Below are positions 54,450 to 64,000 of a stretch of DNA of 64,000 bases, piece by piece. How positions within the stretch are numbered: position 1 is the first letter of the stretch; each line of letters begins with the position of its first letter. Under the pieces are notes generated by a model. The model had not been told where the DNA came from and did no database searches. It worked only from the letters and a program-made list of their open reading frames with translations. This stretch comes from an uncultured Bacteroidales bacterium (lineage in GTDB: Bacteria; Bacteroidota; Bacteroidia; Bacteroidales; UBA10428). Position numbers and translations under genes: made by a program. The DNA lies in NCBI GenBank assembly GCA_964534745.1, contig CAZHQW010000009.1:3777-67776 (forward strand). Reading direction: 5' to 3'.

Positions 54450-56148
54450 TATCCTTAATATTTACCTGTATGGTGGTGACCCCCCTGAAATGGTTTTCAG
54501 TCAGTATATAGGCAATATCAAATCCCAGGCCCTTACTTATTTTTTCATAGTGATGGGCCTGGTTAAATGCGATGGCAGGGAAGACGTTATAAGGTTCTTC
54601 TTCCTGGATAAGGCTTAATTTAAGATGTTCTTCCCCCGACCCCACAACCTTGCCATAACCATTATCAACAACGTTCTCGGCAAAGAATATAGGATTCATA
54701 TTATTCGGACCGAAAGGCTCAAATTTCTTCAATACATTAAAAAATGCAGGTGTTATATCTTTTAAATTGAGCTCTGTATCTATCTCGATTTGAGGTATCA
54801 GCTGGTCAGGTGTTATAGTATCCTTAACGATCTTTTCAAACCTGTCCCTTAGCTTGGGGATATTCTCAATTTTCAGTGTTAGTCCGGCTGCGTACCTGTG
54901 ACCGCCAAAACTTTCCAGGAGGTCGGAACATCCGCTGATGGCCATGTAAAGGTCAAAACCGATAACCGAGCGTGCAGATCCCGTAGCAAATCCATTTGAT
55001 TCGGTTAGGATAATGGTAGGTCTGTAAAATGATTCGATAAGCCTTGATGCAACAATTCCGACCACACCTTTATGCCAGTTCCTGTTGTAAAGCACAGTGG
55101 AGTATTTGTAATTACTGCCATAACTTTCTATGTCCTTTAAGGCTTCTTCAGTAATATTTTTGTCAATGTTTCGCCTGGCCTGGTTAAAGCTGTTTATTTT
55201 CTGGCAATGAATAATTGCCTCCTCCTCGTTTTCGGAGGTAAGCAGCTCAACGGCTTTTTTGCCGGACTCAATCCTTCCTGCAGCATTTATTCGCGGACCT
55301 ATCTTAAAAACAATATCGTCAACACCGATAGTCTTTCCTTCAAGTCCGGCCACACATACAATAGCATGCAGGCCCACGGAAGGATTATCGTTGAGCTTTT
55401 TGAGTCCGTAATACGATAGGATCCTGTTTTCATCAATAAGAGGAACAATATCCGAGGCAATGCTTACGGCTATCAAATCAAGGTACTGTTTGAGTTCATC
55501 AAAGGGAATATTGTTTTTTAGTGAGTAGGCATGTAGCAGCTTAAAACCGACTCCGCAACCTGACAAATACTTGAATGGGTATTTGCAATCCTTTCTTTCA
55601 GGATCGAGGACAGCTATCGCTTTGGGCAGGGTTGAGCCCGGGGTGTGGTGGTCACAGATTATAAAATCAATGCCCCTCTCATTGGCATAGTTAATTTTTT
55701 CTGTTGCCTTTATTCCGCAATCCAGAGCTATAATAAGCTTAATCCTGTTAAGTTCGGCGTATTCTATACCTTTGTATGAAATGCCGTAACCCTCGTTATA
55801 ACGGTCGGGAATATAATAGTAAAGTTTATCATAGTATTTCCTCAGAAATGAATATACCATTGCTACTGACGTAGTGCCGTCAACATCATAATCACCGTAA
55901 ATAAGTATTTTTTCATCGTTACTTATTGCCTGTTCTATCCTTTCAACTGCCTCGTTCATATCTTTCATAAGGAAGGGATCATAAAGGTTTTTCATTTCGG
56001 GATTAAAAAATGCATTTGCCTGGTCTAAAGTTCTTATTCCTCGCTGCACAAGCAAGGTTGACAAAACTGAGTTTATATTCAGCTCTTTTGCCAGCTTTTC
56101 GACATCTGCATCAAATCCGTTTTCTTTTATTTTCCATACTTTTTTCAT
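54433..56148 (-). CDS. recJ: single-stranded-DNA-specific exonuclease RecJ
   Basis: DHH motifs are IYGDYDVDGTTS and ICDHH. The DHHA1 element is GGHRYAAG. 571 aa. Confidence 0.9.
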   Translation of the reverse strand: MKKVWKIKENGFDADVEKLAKELNINSVLSTLLVQRGIRTLDQANAFFNPEMKNLYDPFLMKDMNEAVERIEQAISNDEKILIYGDYDVDGTTSVAMVYSFLRKYYDKLYYYIPDRYNEGYGISYKGIEYAELNRIKLIIALDCGIKATEKINYANERGIDFIICDHHTPGSTLPKAIAVLDPERKDCKYPFKYLSGCGVGFKLLHAYSLKNNIPFDELKQYLDLIAVSIASDIVPLIDENRILSYYGLKKLNDNPSVGLHAIVCVAGLEGKTIGVDDIVFKIGPRINAAGRIESGKKAVELLTSENEEEAIIHCQKINSFNQARRNIDKNITEEALKDIESYGSNYKYSTVLYNRNWHKGVVGIVASRLIESFYRPTIILTESNGFATGSARSVIGFDLYMAISGCSDLLESFGGHRYAAGLTLKIENIPKLRDRFEKIVKDTITPDQLIPQIEIDTELNLKDITPAFFNVLKKFEPFGPNNMNPIFFAENVVDNGYGKVVGSGEEHLKLSLIQEEEPYNVFPAIAFNQAHHYEKISKGLGFDIAYILTENHFRGVTTIQVNIKDIKVDD

Positions 56149-56210
56149 AAAAACCTTTAAAACCTTAATAGAAATTTTTTCATGTAAATTTAAAATTAAT
56201 ATTACAAGTA

Positions 56211-56903
56211 TTATAAATTACTTAAGTGAATTTCGAATTCGCTGGTGATATGTTTCAGGATTTTCTTTTTTACTTCTTCAGCATGCACATCTTTACCAAG
56301 TTCATTTTTCATCGAAGTTACTCCCTTGTCTGTATAGCCGCATGGATTTATGTAACTGAAGTATTCGAGGTTGGTATTCACATTCAGTGCAAATCCGTGC
56401 ATAGTTATATATTTACTTATCCTGATTCCAATAGCACAAATTTTCCTAGCTTTTTTCCCTTCACCTGAATTGATCCATACACCTGTTGCACCGGCTATCC
56501 TGCCGGCCATAATTCCGTATCCTTTAAGAGTATTGATTATTGATTCCTCAATCTTGAATACATATTTTTTTGTTCCGCAATTAAACTGTTCAAGGTCAAA
56601 TATCGGATAGCCCACAATCTGGCCCGGACCGTGGTATGTTATGTCTCCGCCACGGTTTGTCCTTATACAAATTGCATTAATTGATTTAAGAATATTATTA
56701 TTGATCAGGAGGTTATTTTCCTTGCCACTTCTGCCGATAGTATAAACATGCGGATGCTCGCAGAAGATAATCCTGTTTATTATTTCCTTGCCGGGTTTTC
56801 CTGCTTTTGCAGCCATGGCTTTTTTATGCAGCTTCTCCTGGTAATCCCAGGCTTCCCTGTAGTCAATAAGTCCTAAATCCTCAAATACAGCTTTAACAGG
56901 CAT
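56211..56903 (-). CDS. lipB: lipoyl(octanoyl) transferase
   Basis: Contains RGGDITYHGPGQIVGYP and KICAIGIRI. Confidence 0.9.
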   Translation of the reverse strand: MPVKAVFEDLGLIDYREAWDYQEKLHKKAMAAKAGKPGKEIINRIIFCEHPHVYTIGRSGKENNLLINNNILKSINAICIRTNRGGDITYHGPGQIVGYPIFDLEQFNCGTKKYVFKIEESIINTLKGYGIMAGRIAGATGVWINSGEGKKARKICAIGIRISKYITMHGFALNVNTNLEYFSYINPCGYTDKGVTSMKNELGKDVHAEEVKKKILKHITSEFEIHLSNL

Positions 56904-56919
56904 TTGTTAGTTTTAATTA

Positions 56920-57786
56920 TTAAGTAATATGCACGTGCCTTTCTGCATGGTAAGATGATCTGACCTGAGGGCCGCTTTCGACGTGAGCGAATCCCTTTTT
57001 TAATCCTTTTTCCCTGTACATCTTAAAAGTTACAGGATTTATATATTCATGAACCTCTATATGTTTTTCGGAGGGCTGAAGGTACTGGCCAATAGTAAAT
57101 ACTTTGACCCCAATTTCAAGAAGGTCGTCCATAGTCTCCAGAACCTCTTCTTCAGTTTCACCCAGTCCGGCCATGATACCTGACTTGGCTACAATTCCTG
57201 ATGCCACGACATATTTTAGAAGCTCTATACTTTTATCATATGTGGATACGCATCTTATGCCGGGAGTAAGTCTTCTGACAGTCTCAAGGTTGTGTGATAT
57301 TACTTCAGGTCCTTCATTAATTATATGGTCCAGGGCTTCTGCTCGCCTGTTGAAATCAGGTATAAGAGCTTCCATGGTTGTATGGGGATTAATATGTTTA
57401 ATTGTTTTTATCGTTTCGGCCCAGAATCGGGCACCGCCATCAGAAAGATCATCCCTTGCCACTGATGTTATCACACAATGCTTTAATCCCAGAAGCTTAA
57501 TAGCTTCTGCCAGGCGGCGCGGCTCATCCCGGTCCGGTTCCTCAGGCTTCATGGTATTAACCTGGCAAAACCTGCAGTTTCTTGTGCACTTGTTGCCGAG
57601 GATCATGAAGGTAGCGGTTCCTGCACTCCAGCATTCACCTTTATTGGGACAGTTGCCGCTGACACATATGGTATTCAGCTTCTTATTAACTGTAAGGTTC
57701 TTTACCATGGAGTAGTTGCAGCCGTGCGGCATTTGTACCTTCATCCAGCGGGGGAGCCTCCTCCTTTCATTACCTTCTTTTTTCAC
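56920..57786 (-). CDS. lipA: lipoyl synthase
   Basis: The radical-SAM motif is CTRNCRFCQV, with the auxiliary cluster VCEEA-type region CPNKGECW. 288 aa. Confidence 0.93.
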   Translation of the reverse strand: MKKEGNERRRLPRWMKVQMPHGCNYSMVKNLTVNKKLNTICVSGNCPNKGECWSAGTATFMILGNKCTRNCRFCQVNTMKPEEPDRDEPRRLAEAIKLLGLKHCVITSVARDDLSDGGARFWAETIKTIKHINPHTTMEALIPDFNRRAEALDHIINEGPEVISHNLETVRRLTPGIRCVSTYDKSIELLKYVVASGIVAKSGIMAGLGETEEEVLETMDDLLEIGVKVFTIGQYLQPSEKHIEVHEYINPVTFKMYREKGLKKGFAHVESGPQVRSSYHAERHVHIT

Positions 57787-57859
57787 TTCTCCGTGTTTTA
57801 TTGTTTTGCAAAGTTAGTATATAATTGAAAAAATTTTGGGCAACTTACATATGTTAAAT

Positions 57860-57867
57860 TATATTTG
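57860..57867 (+). promoter_or_regulatory. candidate Bacteroidota -7 box (TAnnTTTG) with an upstream TTTG (57835-57838) for lysS
   Basis: TATATTTG lies 23 nt upstream of the ATG at 57891. A TTTG sits 21 nt upstream of the box. This is a motif match only. Confidence 0.35.
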
Positions 57868-57890
57868 CACAGATTTTAAAAGCTTTATAA

Positions 57891-59618
57891 ATGAGTCAAT
57901 TGGAATTAAGTGAACAGCAGCAGATGAGAAGAAAGGCACTCGAAGAGTTGAGGCAGGCAGGCATTGATCCCTATCCGGCACAAGAATACATCACAGATGT
58001 TTCCACAACAGAAATAAAAGAGAATTTTAAGCCTGAAAAGAAAAACTTTCAGGATGTATCCATTGCCGGAAGGATTATGAGCAGAAGAATAATGGGCAAT
58101 GCTTCTTTTGCAGAGATACAGGACGACAGGGGAAGGATACAGATTTATTTGCGTCGCGACGATTTGTGCCCCGGAGAGGATAAGGCACTTTATAACAATA
58201 TTTTTAAGAAGCTGCTCGATATTGGCGATTTTATCGGGGTAAAGGGTTTTGTTTTTATAACCCAGATGGGAGAGATAACTGTTCATGTAAAGGAGCTTAC
58301 TGTTCTGAGCAAATCGTTAAGGCCACTGCCGGTTGTCAAGGAGAAAGAAGGCAGGATATATGATGAGGTTAAAGATCCTGAATTCAGGTACAGGCAGCGA
58401 TATGTTGATCTAGTAATTAATCCCCGTGTAAAACAGGTCTTTATAAAGCGGACAAGAATAATCGATACATTGAGAGAGTTTTTTAATTCCAGGGGCTATC
58501 TTGAAGTTGAAACGCCCATATTACAGGCCATTCCGGGAGGGGCGGCTGCCAAACCTTTTGTCACACATCATAATGCACTTGATATTCCATTATATTTGAG
58601 GATAGCAAATGAACTTTATCTTAAGAGGCTTATCGTAGGAGGATATAACGGTGTTTACGAGTTTTCCAAAGATTTCAGGAACGAAGGTATGGACAGGATG
58701 CATAATCCTGAATTTACCGTTATGGAGATTTATGTCGCATATAAGGATTATCTATGGATGATGGATTTCACTGAAGAGATGATTGAGAAAGTGGCCCTTA
58801 CTATTAACGGAAAGGCAAAATTTAAATACGGTGATATTGAAATTGACCTTAAACGGCCTTTTATCCGCAGGACAATGCTGTCAACAATAAAGGAATATAC
58901 AGGTATTGATATAACAGGGATGGAAGAGCAGCAGCTGCGCACTGTATGTGATAACCTGGGTATTGAAACGGACAAGTCTATGGGTAAGGGAAAGCTTATC
59001 GCGCGGATATTTGATGAGAAATGTGAGCCCCACCTTATCCAGCCCACATTTATTATGGACTACCCGGTTGAGATGTCTCCGCTATGCAAGAAACACCGCA
59101 GCAATCCGGCTCTTGCGGAAAGGTTTGAGCTTATAGTAAATGGCAAGGAATTGTGCAATGCATATTCAGAATTAAATGATCCCCTGGATCAGAAAGAACG
59201 ATTTCAGGAACAGCTTAAGCTTTCTGAAAAGGGTGATGATGAAGCTATGTATATTGATACGGACTTCCTCAGGGCGCTCGAATACGGTATGCCCCCCACG
59301 TCAGGGATGGGACTGGGCGTTGACCGTCTGGCAATGCTCATCACCAACCAGCCAAGCATTCAGGATGTCTTGTTCTTTCCGCAGATGCGGCCTGAAAGGA
59401 CAGAAAAAGCAGATACAAAGGATAAATACCTTAAAATGGGTATTACGGAGGAATGGTATCATGTGCTGATGGAGCTGGGATATAACACGGTTGAAAAAAT
59501 TAAAAAAGTTGAAAAACCCGGTAAGTTACACCAGGAGCTGTGCGGTTATAATAAGAAGAATAAGCTGGGACTTGCCAATCCGGCCATTGATGAAGTAGCC
59601 CGGTGGATAGGGGGCTGA
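57891..59618 (+). CDS. lysS: lysine--tRNA ligase (class II) with a ~75-aa C-terminal extension
   Basis: The OB anticodon-binding domain is present, with class II motifs ([15 protein letters not shown] and [12 protein letters not shown]). The tail after FFPQMRPE is extra relative to ~505-aa enzymes. Confidence 0.95.
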   Translation: MSQLELSEQQQMRRKALEELRQAGIDPYPAQEYITDVSTTEIKENFKPEKKNFQDVSIAGRIMSRRIMGNASFAEIQDDRGRIQIYLRRDDLCPGEDKALYNNIFKKLLDIGDFIGVKGFVFITQMGEITVHVKELTVLSKSLRPLPVVKEKEGRIYDEVKDPEFRYRQRYVDLVINPRVKQVFIKRTRIIDTLREFFNSRGYLEVETPILQAIPGGAAAKPFVTHHNALDIPLYLRIANELYLKRLIVGGYNGVYEFSKDFRNEGMDRMHNPEFTVMEIYVAYKDYLWMMDFTEEMIEKVALTINGKAKFKYGDIEIDLKRPFIRRTMLSTIKEYTGIDITGMEEQQLRTVCDNLGIETDKSMGKGKLIARIFDEKCEPHLIQPTFIMDYPVEMSPLCKKHRSNPALAERFELIVNGKELCNAYSELNDPLDQKERFQEQLKLSEKGDDEAMYIDTDFLRALEYGMPPTSGMGLGVDRLAMLITNQPSIQDVLFFPQMRPERTEKADTKDKYLKMGITEEWYHVLMELGYNTVEKIKKVEKPGKLHQELCGYNKKNKLGLANPAIDEVARWIGG

Positions 59619-59630
59619 TTTTTTATTTTT
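59597..59630 (+). terminator. weak candidate intrinsic terminator overlapping the lysS stop
   Basis: AGCCC (59597-59601) pairs with GGGCT (59612-59616) across a 10-nt loop, followed by TTTTTTATTTTT. The stem is only 5 bp. Confidence 0.3.
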
Positions 59631-59766
59631 CAACAACTACTGTTTACCTATTAAACAGATTATCCTTTCTAAACGAATGATTTCCAATTATAAAGTACTT
59701 TTATTAACACTGTATCCGTTAAATCCATTGTTAATAAAGAAATTCCCTGACATTTCAACTTTTCTA

Positions 59767-59774
59767 TATATTTG
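59767..59774 (+). promoter_or_regulatory. candidate Bacteroidota -7 box (TAnnTTTG) for parE
   Basis: TATATTTG lies 18 nt upstream of the ATG at 59793. This is a motif match only. Confidence 0.3.
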
Positions 59775-59792
59775 CGCCAAATGGATTAGCCT

Positions 59793-61634
59793 ATGAATGC
59801 AGCAGCATATTCGGAAGAGACTATTCGCACACTTGACTGGAGAGAACATATACGCAAGCGGCCGGGGATGTATATCGGCAAGCTTGGCGACGGCTCTTCA
59901 CAGGATGACGGCATATATGTGCTTATCAAGGAAGTTCTCGATAACGCGGTCGACGAGTATATGATGGGTTTCGGAAAGGTAATTGAGATTGTAATAAATG
60001 AGAATATCGTAATAATAAGAGACTACGGACGCGGGATACCGCTTGGCAAAGTTAAGGATGTAGCCTCTAAGATGAACACCGGCGCAAAATATGATTCAAA
60101 AGTATTTAAGAAATCTGTCGGCTTAAATGGAGTAGGCATAAAGGCCGTGAATGCCCTTTCTTCAAAATTTATCATCAAGTCGTTTCGTGATGGTGTAGTC
60201 AAAGCAGTAGGTTTTGAAGAAGGTAATACTATCAATGATCATAAGGAACACTCAACGGAGTCAAAGAACGGGACCCTTGTTTCATTTATGCCCGATATTA
60301 AGATATTTGGCAAGTTCAGGTTTATTGACGACTATGTGGAATCAATGATCAGGAACTATGTGTACCTGAATAGCGGACTTACGATTAAGCTTAACGGGGT
60401 ACCTTTCTATTCAAAAAACGGACTCCTTGATCTTTTGAATGAAAATATAGACTCAGAAATTTTATACCCACTGATTCATCTTAAGGATTCGGATATTGAA
60501 ATAGCGATAACCCATGGTAACCATTACGGGGAAACATATTTTACTTTTGTAAACGGACAGAACACTATTCAGGGAGGCACCCATCTTAACGCTTTCAGGG
60601 AGGCCCTGGTGAGGACAATACGAGACTTTTACAAGAAAGACTTTGACCCCTCAGATATAAGGGCGTCAATCATTGCTGCCTTAAGTATAAAGGTCGAGGA
60701 GCCTGTTTTTGAGTCACAGACCAAAACCAAACTGGGATCCAGGGATATGGGTCCGGATGGCCTTTCGATACGTAACTTCATTGGTGATTTTGTAAAGACA
60801 AAGCTTGATAATTATCTGCATAAGAATCCTGAGACTGCTGATATGCTGCTGAAAAAGATTATTGAGTCAGAGAAGGAGCGCAAAGCTATATCAAACATTA
60901 AAAAAATTGCCCGCGAAAGGGCCAGGAAGGCGAATCTGCACAACAGAAAGTTAAGGGATTGTAAAATTCATTATAACTCCAATGACGAGAGAAGGTTCGA
61001 GACAACCATATTTATCACCGAGGGTGACTCGGCCAGCGGCTCTATTACCAAATCAAGGGATGTAAACACACAGGCTGTATTCAGCCTTAAAGGAAAACCT
61101 TTAAATACATACGGGCTTACAAAAAAAATTGTCTATGAAAATGAGGAGTTTAACCTGCTGCAGGCAGCCCTTGACATTGAAGATGATCTCGATAATCTCA
61201 GGTATCATAACGTTGTTATAGCCACAGATGCCGATGTTGACGGCATGCACATACGCCTGCTTCTGATAACCTTTTTTATTCAGTTTTTCCCCGACCTGGT
61301 GAGAAAGGGGCATCTTTATATTCTTCAGACTCCCCTGTTCAGGGTTAGAAACAAAAAGGAAACAATTTACTGCTATTCAGATGAAGAAAAGAACACGGCA
61401 GTGGAAAAGCTGGGAGCTAACCCTGAAATTACAAGATTCAAAGGCCTGGGGGAGATATCCCCTGATGAGTTCAGGCACTTCATAGGCAAGGATATCAGGC
61501 TCGAGCCGGTCAGGCTGAAGAAGGATGATGCGGTTTCAGATATACTGCCTTTCTTCATGGGTAAAAACACGCCGGAGCGCCAGGAGTTTATTATTGAAAA
61601 TCTGCGCGTCGAAGAGGATCTTGTTGAATTATAA
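59793..61634 (+). CDS. parE: type IIA DNA topoisomerase subunit B (topoisomerase IV ParE type)
   Basis: Contains [40 protein letters not shown], the Toprim element [10 protein letters not shown] and [11 protein letters not shown]. The 613-aa length fits Bacteroidota ParE rather than GyrB. Confidence 0.85.
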   Translation: MNAAAYSEETIRTLDWREHIRKRPGMYIGKLGDGSSQDDGIYVLIKEVLDNAVDEYMMGFGKVIEIVINENIVIIRDYGRGIPLGKVKDVASKMNTGAKYDSKVFKKSVGLNGVGIKAVNALSSKFIIKSFRDGVVKAVGFEEGNTINDHKEHSTESKNGTLVSFMPDIKIFGKFRFIDDYVESMIRNYVYLNSGLTIKLNGVPFYSKNGLLDLLNENIDSEILYPLIHLKDSDIEIAITHGNHYGETYFTFVNGQNTIQGGTHLNAFREALVRTIRDFYKKDFDPSDIRASIIAALSIKVEEPVFESQTKTKLGSRDMGPDGLSIRNFIGDFVKTKLDNYLHKNPETADMLLKKIIESEKERKAISNIKKIARERARKANLHNRKLRDCKIHYNSNDERRFETTIFITEGDSASGSITKSRDVNTQAVFSLKGKPLNTYGLTKKIVYENEEFNLLQAALDIEDDLDNLRYHNVVIATDADVDGMHIRLLLITFFIQFFPDLVRKGHLYILQTPLFRVRNKKETIYCYSDEEKNTAVEKLGANPEITRFKGLGEISPDEFRHFIGKDIRLEPVRLKKDDAVSDILPFFMGKNTPERQEFIIENLRVEEDLVEL

Positions 61635-61660
61635 TTATTTTTTACTTTCATCGTAAAAGG

Positions 61661-64000
61661 ATGGGCTTCATTATGAACGAGGTGAATAACGAAAATAACA
61701 GGGAAAAGAAAAATCTGGAAGACGAGATAGTGGAGCTTGAAGATAGCTCAGCAGATCATATTACCGGTTACACAAATGTCATCAGGTTATCCGGACTTTA
61801 TGAGAACTGGTTTCTTGACTATGCTTCATATGTGATCCTTGAACGTGCCGTTCCCCACATTGATGACGGACTCAAGCCCGTTCAGAGAAGGATACTGCAT
61901 TCAATGAAGAGACTGGATGATGGCAGATACAATAAGGTTGCAAATATCATAGGGCATACCATGCAGTTCCACCCGCACGGCGACGCATCCATAGGTGAAG
62001 CCCTGGTGCAGCTCGGACAGAAGGAGCTGCTTATAGATGCACAGGGAAACTGGGGTAACGTGCTTACCGGGGACGGAGCGGCAGCCGCCAGGTATATTGA
62101 GGCACGCCTGTCCAGGTTTGCACTTGAAGTTGTGTTTAATTCCAAAACAACAAAGTGGAAAGCATCATATGATGGGAGAAACAAGGAGCCTGTCACACTG
62201 CCTGTGAAGTTCCCCCTGCTCCTTGCCCAGGGTGTCGAGGGTATAGCAGTGGGACTGGCATCGAAGATTCTGCCTCATAACTTCAATGAACTTATTGATG
62301 CTTGCATTGCCCATCTCCAGGGAAAAAAGTTCGAGCTGTATCCTGACTTTGCCACGGGCGGACTGATAGATGTTTCAAGATATAATGACGGATTGAGGGG
62401 AGGGCAGGTAAAAATAAGGGCGAAGATTAAAAAAGTCGATAAAAGAGCACTTCTTATAACTGAAATACCTTATGGCAGGACTACTTCGACATTAATAGAA
62501 TCGATAATCAAAGCTAATGAGAAAGGCAAGATAAAGATAAAAAAGATAGATGATAACACTGCCGGGAATGTTGAAATATCCATAGATCTTGCTCCGGGCA
62601 TATCGCCTGACAAGACTATTGACGCCCTCTATGCTTTCACTGACTGTGAAGTGCCTGTATCACCAAATTCCTGTGTTATAAAAGATGACAAGCCCGCCTT
62701 TATCGGGGTCTCTGAGATACTGAAAACTTGCACACAGAGAACAGTTGAGCTGCTTAAGAGTGAGTTAAGTATAAGACTCGAAGAGCTGAATGAGTCATGG
62801 CATATTTCCAGTCTCGAAAAAATATTCATAGAGAATGAGATTTATGAGAATATTAAATCATGCAAAAGCGAAGAGGAGATTCTCGAGACTATAGACAGGG
62901 GACTGGAACCTTTTAAGAAGAAGCTTTTAAAGGAAGTTACAAGGGATGATCTGATAAGGCTGTCAAACATACCTATAAGGAGAATATCAAAATACAGCTC
63001 TATTAAGGCAGACGAATACATTAGGCAGATTGAATCTGAAATCGAAGAGGTAAAGAATCATCTTGATAATATAATACCGTATACCATAAACTACTACAGG
63101 CAGATAAAGAAAAAATACGGGCACGGTAAAGAGAGAAGAACAGAAATAAAAAACTTCGATACCATAATTGCTACCAAAGTTGTAGTGGCAAACCAGAAGC
63201 TTTATTTTAACAGGCAGGAAGGTTTTATTGGCACATCACTTAAAAAAGATGAGTTTATATCTGACTGTTCTGATATTGACGATATCCTGGTAATTCTTAG
63301 GGATGGCAATTACCTGACAACAAAAGTCACCGAGAAGACCTTCGTGGGGAAAGATATCCTGTATGCAGCGGTATTTAAAAAGAATGATACAAGGACAATT
63401 TATAATATAATATACAGGGACGGGAAATCCGGCAAAGTGATGATTAAACGATGTGCCATAACAGGTTTAATAAGAGATAATGAGTATAACCTAACCAAGG
63501 GTACGGAAGGTTCCAGGATATTATACCTGAGTGCCAATCCGAACGGGGAGGCAGAGACTGTAAGGGTACATCTGAAGCCCAGGCCCAGGTTGAGGAACCT
63601 GGTTTTTGACTATGATTTCGGAGAGCTTGCCATTAAAGGAAGAAGTTCAATGGGCAATATCCTTACAAGGTATGCAGTGAGTAAGATTATCCTTAAAGAG
63701 AAGGGACTTTCCACGCTCGGAGGCAGAAAGGTATGGTTTGATGCGGATGTAAACCGCCTTAATGCAGACGGAAGGGGCCGGCTGCTTGGAGAATTTAAGG
63801 GAGATGATAAACTGATGGTTATTACACGGTCAGGCACATTCAGGCTGTCATCATTTGACCTGTCCAACCATTTTGAAGACGATCTGCTTATAATTGAGAA
63901 GTATAATCCTGACAAGATTTTCTCTGCTGTATATTTTGATGCTACACAGAATTATTACTATGTAAAGAGGTTTACCATTGAACCCGGAGAAAAGCCTGTA
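61661..64000 (+). CDS. parC: type IIA DNA topoisomerase subunit A (topoisomerase IV ParC type), 3' end outside the window
   Basis: Absent from the ORF track because no stop falls inside the window. The frame is open from the ATG at 61661 (alternative at 61673) to 64000. It contains YASYVILERAVPHIDDGLKPVQRRILH, GHTMQFHPHGDASIGEALV and AARYIEARL (catalytic Tyr region). Confidence 0.85.
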   Translation, partial: MGFIMNEVNNENNREKKNLEDEIVELEDSSADHITGYTNVIRLSGLYENWFLDYASYVILERAVPHIDDGLKPVQRRILHSMKRLDDGRYNKVANIIGHTMQFHPHGDASIGEALVQLGQKELLIDAQGNWGNVLTGDGAAAARYIEARLSRFALEVVFNSKTTKWKASYDGRNKEPVTLPVKFPLLLAQGVEGIAVGLASKILPHNFNELIDACIAHLQGKKFELYPDFATGGLIDVSRYNDGLRGGQVKIRAKIKKVDKRALLITEIPYGRTTSTLIESIIKANEKGKIKIKKIDDNTAGNVEISIDLAPGISPDKTIDALYAFTDCEVPVSPNSCVIKDDKPAFIGVSEILKTCTQRTVELLKSELSIRLEELNESWHISSLEKIFIENEIYENIKSCKSEEEILETIDRGLEPFKKKLLKEVTRDDLIRLSNIPIRRISKYSSIKADEYIRQIESEIEEVKNHLDNIIPYTINYYRQIKKKYGHGKERRTEIKNFDTIIATKVVVANQKLYFNRQEGFIGTSLKKDEFISDCSDIDDILVILRDGNYLTTKVTEKTFVGKDILYAAVFKKNDTRTIYNIIYRDGKSGKVMIKRCAITGLIRDNEYNLTKGTEGSRILYLSANPNGEAETVRVHLKPRPRLRNLVFDYDFGELAIKGRSSMGNILTRYAVSKIILKEKGLSTLGGRKVWFDADVNRLNADGRGRLLGEFKGDDKLMVITRSGTFRLSSFDLSNHFEDDLLIIEKYNPDKIFSAVYFDATQNYYYVKRFTIEPGEKPV

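Noticed and set aside
57104-57715. 203-aa plus-strand ORF inside lipA.
   Set aside because: It is antisense to lipA, whose radical-SAM motifs are unambiguous. The product is Ser/Leu-rich with no domain signature.
1-64000. Search by eye for tRNA, rRNA, tmRNA/RNase P/SRP-like structured RNAs, CRISPR repeats, IS elements, integrases, restriction-modification or other known defence genes.
   Set aside because: None was found. All intergenic regions over 100 nt (3991-4136, 10049-10208, 12684-12786, 28014-28239, 28618-28738, 30301-30451, 37343-37482, 38937-39114, 44922-45261, 57787-57890, 59619-59792) are AT-rich. They have no GC-rich stems, no periodic repeats and no recognisable conserved RNA motifs. 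A covariance-model scan (Infernal/Rfam, tRNAscan-SE) would be the decisive check.

Overview
This 64-kb window looks like a chromosomal segment from a Bacteroidota genome. Supporting signs are two T9SS C-terminal sorting domains, DUF5683 after parAB, DUF4492 before cydAB, TAnnTTTG-type promoter boxes, mostly SD-less starts and signal peptides that expose Gln. The DNA is visibly AT-rich, but composition was not computed. Coding density is very high, with about 50 protein genes. I found no rRNA, tRNA, CRISPR array, transposase, integrase or phage genes. All calls come from reading motifs in the supplied translations and the DNA; no database search was run.

Content from start to end:
- An outer-membrane barrel fragment followed by a ComEA-like HhH/beta-barrel protein.
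- A translationally coupled BKACE (DUF849) and GNAT pair, then a TonB-dependent receptor.
- A loose glycan and sugar-oxidation neighbourhood: GH9, a Tat-exported aldo/keto reductase with an Fe-S domain, a T9SS-sorted SMP-30 lactonase and a GH31 with a PA14 insert.
- A long minus-strand block (15.6-30.3 kb): two paralogous small membrane proteins, a methyltransferase / membrane MutS-like ATPase / methyltransferase-like trio, a lipoprotein, MBOAT + SGNH + MltD-like transglycosylase, DUF5683, parB, parA, a DUF1987/SiaC-like protein, glutaminyl cyclase and a HAD-like protein.
- pssA, then DUF4492-cydA-cydB plus an untracked 37-codon cydX-like ORF, a PKD-repeat T9SS type-B cargo and an AI-2E transporter.
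- thyA-folA, a decayed DUF2147 remnant, a MORN/YwqK lipoprotein, a nitroreductase and an M14 peptidase.
- A GAF-GAF sigma-54 activator transcribed divergently from a -24/-12 promoter that appears to drive an unusual PPDK_N-type protein plus gltB-gltD.
- HIT, recJ, lipB, lipA, lysS, parE and a 3'-truncated parC.

Most of the window is ordinary housekeeping, and I see no clear-cut novel system. The most interesting parts are:
1. The sigma-54 / PPDK_N-like / GOGAT module.
2. The membrane MutS-like ATPase flanked by two methyltransferase-fold proteins.
3. The enlarged MBOAT with its SGNH and lytic transglycosylase partners.
4. Several small untracked features: the cydX-like ORF, the DUF2147 remnant and the duplicated 5' ends of two small membrane genes.
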